From Eledone cirrhosa (lineage: Eukaryota): 64,000 nt of DNA. Shown piece by piece: positions 58,461 to 64,000 of this stretch (its first letter is position 1; the number at the start of each line of letters is the position of its first letter). Made by a program: the position numbers and the translations under genes. Below the pieces are notes generated by a model. It worked only from the letters and a program-made list of their open reading frames with translations, did no database searches and had not been told where the DNA came from. The stretch lies in contig OZ024741.1 of the NCBI GenBank assembly GCA_964016885.1, positions 322,276,001 to 322,340,000 of the forward strand, written 5' to 3'.

Positions 58461-58620
58461 TAATGAGCATGAACCAAGTGCTTAGCGATCCACTAGAAAG
58501 AGACTCCTATATATCTCATATAGTAATTCCTTTCTTACCGAAGCGTGAAGAAATATGTCAAAAATGTACTGTCAACACACAATATAGTTATATAAGTATA
58601 TGAGATGATGTGTTATGCGA

Positions 58621-58665
<45 letters not shown>

Positions 58666-58705
58666 TGTGTTTGTGTGAGTTTCTCTCTCTCTTTCTCTCT
58701 TTCTC

Positions 58706-58745
<40 letters not shown>

Positions 58746-59189
58746 CATACATATATATATATATATATGTGTGTGTGTGTATGAGTTATTTGAGTTCTTC
58801 CTCTAAGGAAGGAGCTGGTTTCTTACAGAGAAACAAAGCTGCGTTGTTGGAATTTGAATAACGAAAATGGCGAGTGTGACTTGTTGAACTTTAGAAAAAT
58901 CTTGCATGTTTTACTATTTCACAAACAGATTGCATTTACAAAATGCGTGTTAGGTTTTCCAGATTGTCACTTAGGCATTTACTAACAAACCCAAGTACAA
59001 TTAGTAATTATCCGTATAAATGTGAAATCTTAATATCAGTAGAGAAGGTGCAGGCTTTGAAACAATTTTCTGTAATTATTCTCTTTCTTAATGACTTTTA
59101 AAGAAATATCCATATCGGCAGGACTGTTGACCTCTATAGCTGGAAATGAATTGTTCTTTTCTGGTCTAAACAATTATATCAAGTCTGTT

Positions 59190-59236
59190 ATATTACCATC
59201 AAAACCTCCACTTGGTGGAGGTTTTGATGGTAATAT
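59190..59236. other. Perfect 22-bp-arm hairpin with 3-nt loop
   Basis: atattaccatcaaaacctccac ttg gtggaggttttgatggtaatat. Confidence 0.9.
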
Positions 59237-59920
59237 TCAAACAGTATTCTTTCTATTGATATGTATGTATTCAATAACAAAGGTATTCTCCGAATGTATC
59301 CCAAGGTAGTTTTTCCTCTGAATGACATTAATAACAATTTCATACCATATTCTAAGGTTAACCCTTTCGTTACCACATTTCTAATTAAAAAAAAAGACAC
59401 TGCCAATAATTTTCAAATCATTTTGAAAACAATCCGGTGAAATTTAGTAAAATAACTTCCGAATGTTTTATCTAGTGCTTGAAACACAACAAAGTTTTCT
59501 TGCCTAAAATTATGATGGAAGATATATATTTAAATATAAATACTTTAAAACAAACAACCTTGTATCAGAGAACCAGGGGTGGTTTCAGACAGTTTCGTAT
59601 TAGAAGTGTTAATGGCATTTGGGAGCAATTGTGTCCATACTTATCACATTTGTTATAACTTTCACAGAAACGCGACAAGATCGAAATGTTCGGTCGCTTC
59701 TTGCGGGTTTAAAGGTTTCAGCATCTCTTCTTTAAATAAGGTATTTTGTAACTATCTTCTACTTTTGGATTGCTAAAACATAACCAAATTGGGAGGTCTG
59801 ATAGTGACCACGTGTACATATATGTCTCTGTTTCTCCCTTTATATTTTACTATATATATATATATTACCCTAAATGTTCTAAAGGACTAGGATTTTAGTA
59901 ACATGTTTCGACATTCCTTA

Positions 59921-59967
59921 TGCTCCGATGAATCCAGACTTCCCTCTGGAAGAAACAATTGTCAGCA
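59921..59967 (+). ncRNA. Hammerhead with U4C core (CCGATGA) in a solo pseudo-LTR fragment
   Basis: tgct-CCGATGA-a tccaga cttccc tctgga a-GAAA-caattg-TC-agca. Confidence 0.75.
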
Positions 59968-60032
59968 ATTTAGATGTTCTAAACTAAAATTTGATCGTTT
60001 TAACACTTTGTATATATATATGTATATATGTA

Positions 60033-60192
<160 letters not shown>

Positions 60193-60434
60193 AAATGTGT
60201 GATATCCTTGGTACAGTTAGGTATATTTTAAAAAAGGAAATTTTACAATTTGGTTTGGTAGAACCAAATTGTAAAATTATAATATTATAAAATTAAATTA
60301 AATTGTTTAGAACTACAAGTGAAGTCATTCTTTTCCTTTATATATATATATATATATATCCGGGAGCTTCCAACAGTAATGGTCGCATTCTTTAAGGGTA
60401 TGTCAATATTTATTTATAAAACTGCTCTATATTA

Positions 60435-60498
60435 TATTTTATCTGATGAAAGCACACCATAATTTAACTTGGTGTCCTTGAAATATGTATAATGAAAT
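60435..60498 (+). ncRNA. Minimal hammerhead; pseudo-LTR fragment 60358-60540 nearly identical to 37671-37837
   Basis: CTGATGA 60443-49, GAAA 60480-83, tatgta-TA-atgaaat. Confidence 0.8.
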
Positions 60499-60540
60499 GA
60501 ATATGGTTTTATAAATATAGTTTCCATTTGTTAATATATC

Positions 60541-60597
<57 letters not shown>

Positions 60598-60618
60598 TAT
60601 ATATATATTATATATATA

Positions 60619-60650
<32 letters not shown>

Positions 60651-60651
60651 C

Positions 60652-61040
60652 TAGGGTGGGTAAAATTCCCGAGATCCATGGAAGAGTTCTCTCCAGCAGT
60701 CTCTCTCCCTCATTATCGCTGCCATGTCCTGCGTCTCCAACAAACTAGTGTCTGTCCTTAGGGCATCAACATATGTTAACTTCGGTCTTCCTCTTCCAGT
60801 GTGTCCATGCAGGGGCTGCCACAGGAGCATTGAGCGCAGTGTTAACTCTGGATGTCGGATGGTGGATGGGTGCTACACGAGAATGCTGAGGAAGGCTCTG
60901 AACATTAATCAGTATACACTGAGGATGAAGAAAGAACTCAGAGTTGTACGGGAGCCTCCCAAAAGTCAGCTCAAAAGTGACACAGAGGAGACTGAGGTTA
61001 GCTGGACATGCTCACCGACATCCAGAGGCGACACTGCACT
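60652..61040. mobile_element. RTE LINE 3' fragment with 5' inversion
   Basis: Minus 60660-60830 LWQPLHGHTGRGRPKLTYVDAL; plus 60845-61035 GCYTRMLRKALNI...[13 protein letters not shown]. Confidence 0.78.
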
Positions 61041-61166
61041 CTCTCTCGATATATGTATGTATATGTATGTGTATATATATATATAGAGAGAGAGAGAAAG
61101 AGAGAGATACATATATATACATATATATATATATATGATGTATACATACATATATATATATGATAT

Positions 61167-61212
<46 letters not shown>

Positions 61213-61217
<5 letters not shown>

Positions 61218-61350
61218 AGTTAATAAAAATTAATATATTTGATAAACACAAATACCAACATATCCGTGTTTGTATTGTAAATGACTAAGTTAGCTACGGA
61301 TATGTTGGTATTTGTGTTTATCAAATATATTAATTTATATTAACTTGTAT
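61213..61350. repeat. 55-bp inverted repeat with 28-bp spacer, embedded in (TA)n
   Basis: atacaagttaat...catatccgt / acggatatg...attaacttgtat. Confidence 0.88.
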
Positions 61351-61428
61351 TACACGGCTCAGAAATACTTCTTTCTTTGAGCTATTTTATTGTAAAGGAC
61401 TGCCTGAGTTTTGAACTCATTATTAATA

Positions 61429-61544
<116 letters not shown>

Positions 61545-62213
61545 ATTTATATTTATATTTATATACACGCACACTTTACCTATCTACCTATCACTCGCAA
61601 ACTTATCATGTAACCCATAACATACAGTCGTATTTTGGAATAACATGCATATTTTAAAATACACTCTTATTTAGGGTAGCAGGCTCTCTGTATATGTAAA
61701 CATTACACACTAACTCATATACATGTATATACGAAACATATGTACACCCTCCCATCACGCACACACCACAAACGAAAATACAAGCATACACGTATCTAAC
61801 TACTCTTGCGTAAAACTGTTAAAGAGCCGGAACGAAAATATCTTCTTAACTAATTAGCTGTTATTGGCATTGTCATTGTTTAGTTCCTTGTCAGACATAT
61901 CATCAAAGACATTCTAGTCGTGACCTTCCCGTTTTTTTCTTTTCTGCTATATCAGATTACATATGACTTTTCCGTATTTATTCTGTAATCTATATGTTTT
62001 CAACACTTCCGACCTTATTCTTGTCTCTTCAACAAGCACACCGTACTTATCACATAAGGAGGTAGAGTTGTTAGAACGTGAAATAGAATGACTTTATGCT
62101 CCCCAGCTTTCTGCGTTTTGAGTTCAAATCCTGCTGAGGTTAACTTTGCTCCTATCATTACTTCGAGGCAGGTAAATAAAGCACCAGTCATGTATTGGGG
62201 TCGACCCCCCCCC

Positions 62214-62315
<102 letters not shown>

Positions 62316-62450
62316 TTGTTAAACAATATTCAATGATTATGTCAAAGAATGGGTTTTACAGTAGATTGGAAGCACTCAACGGGTTAATAATTTTCTGGAG
62401 TTATTAATATTAAAATATAAGTATTAATAAAATAGATGTTCTTTTGATCA

Positions 62451-62513
62451 ATTACATTTTATTATACATATTTCGGATGTACAGCAGTACTACCTCATCA
62501 GACAAAATATAAT
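62451..62513 (-). ncRNA. Minimal hammerhead in pseudo-LTR 62310-62550, followed by an inverted partial copy (62559-62647)
   Basis: Minus strand attatattttgt-CTGATGA-ggtagtac tgct gtacatcc-GAAA-tatgta-TA-ataaaatgtaat. Confidence 0.8.
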
Positions 62514-63113
62514 GATACATGACATACTCTGAGATGTTAAATGGTTAAGATTTAATCAAGGTAGTACTGTTGTACATCCGAAATATGTATAATAAAATGT
62601 AATTGATCAAAAGAACATCTATTTTATTAATACTTATATTTTAATATATATATATATATGCAATTCCACCCGACTGCTGCTATGCCCTCTGACCACCTCC
62701 CAGCACACACAGACACACAGCACTCCTACCGCCTTGACCACTTCCTGTTGCGCGCGCACCCCACATCTCTCCTCTTCCGAGGAATACTCGTATGTGGAGC
62801 TTGACCGTGGAATCTACTACCATCATAGGAGTTTACCAACATTTCAACCATATCCTCTTCTTACGGAATCACCTATATAACTCACCCACACACACACCCC
62901 AAACATTTTTTTTCTCCCACACGCCACCTACACCCACAACACGCTTAAACCCCCCACACACGTGCTTTCCACCACATATTTACACCTTCAGCCTCCGGAT
63001 TCCTCTCCCCCCACCCCTCTATCCACACACGCACACACACTCCGACCTACACCACACCCCACACACACCTCTTCCTGAACATGCAACCCCGTTCTTCCCC
63101 CAACCCTTGCTTT

Positions 63114-63150
<37 letters not shown>

Positions 63151-63454
63151 ACACCTACACACACACCACCACCTTCAGCCCTCCCCGCTCGGACACCCCG
63201 TCTCCCTCTCCCTACTCCACCCGCCACCACCCCTACACACTACACACCCTTCCACCACCTGTTTTACCCCTTTTTAATTTCAGTTTATTTTGATCATGCT
63301 TTTATTTTTATTTCATTTCATTTTATTTTGATCATGCTTTATTTTTATTTTTATTGTTAATTTCATTCGCACCGTTTCCTCCCACCCCCTTTTCGCTATA
63401 TGTCTCTCCACCACTCCCCTACACACCCTTTGAACTCTCTTCCCACACACTTTT

Positions 63455-63488
63455 CACCTGAGGAAGGGCTTATGCCCGAAACGTCGTT
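63455..63488 (+). ncRNA. Minimal hammerhead at the 3' end of a decayed PLE fragment (~62660-63575)
   Basis: ac-CTGAGGA-a gggc ttat gccc-GAAA-cg-TC-gt; upstream remnant DHFLLRAHPTSLLFRGIL resembles a GIY-YIG tail. Confidence 0.68.
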
Positions 63489-63576
63489 CCCCACCACCAC
63501 CCCACTCTCCAGAGCGTGAAATTAATAAACATTCGTTGTACTGCCTCTCTGTTTTGTTCCTGTTCAAATTTTCCAT

Positions 63577-63731
<155 letters not shown>

Positions 63732-63865
63732 TGTGTCAAACTAATGTTTAAGCTTTATCAAACTTTAACCAGAGCTAAAAGTCTCTGGTGGGAAAAAACA
63801 AAAACAAATAAAGTGTATTTTATTAGAAAAACAGTAAAGAAAGGGTTGGGACGCCTCCTCCTTCT

Positions 63866-63997
<132 letters not shown>

Positions 63998-64000
63998 AAA

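Noticed and set aside
57337-58470. 377-aa Pro/Thr/His-rich ORF
   Set aside because: Low-complexity GGT tract; only the last 132 nt look exon-like
59030-59775. Coding-looking minus-strand stretches
   Set aside because: Stops in all frames and no recognisable family; possibly pseudogene debris

Overview
Eukaryotic, AT-rich, microsatellite-saturated DNA with no complete host gene. The tRNA/CORE- and V-domain SINEs, (TA)n/(CA)n density and transposon content suggest an octopus-type cephalopod (inference, not searched). Almost all long ORFs in the track are microsatellite artefacts. The real coding remnants are retroelements: an RLE-type LINE, a Tx1/L1 3' end, RTE fragments and at least five Penelope-like elements (PLEs). 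There is also a decayed hATm-like transposase and three MITEs. The main signal is a 4.86-kb array (12786-17647) of about 15.6 near-identical 311-bp non-coding units. Each complete unit carries a minimal type I hammerhead ribozyme (HHR). The array starts with a PLE-style inverted copy, lies in (TA)n and sits between two PLEs, consistent with a recently inserted, PLE-mobilised retrozyme concatemer. More than a dozen further HHR motifs occur in PLE pseudo-LTRs across the window, including a family with a compensatory U3-A8 core and one with a U4C core. All ribozyme calls are by-eye motif and pairing matches; activity is untested.
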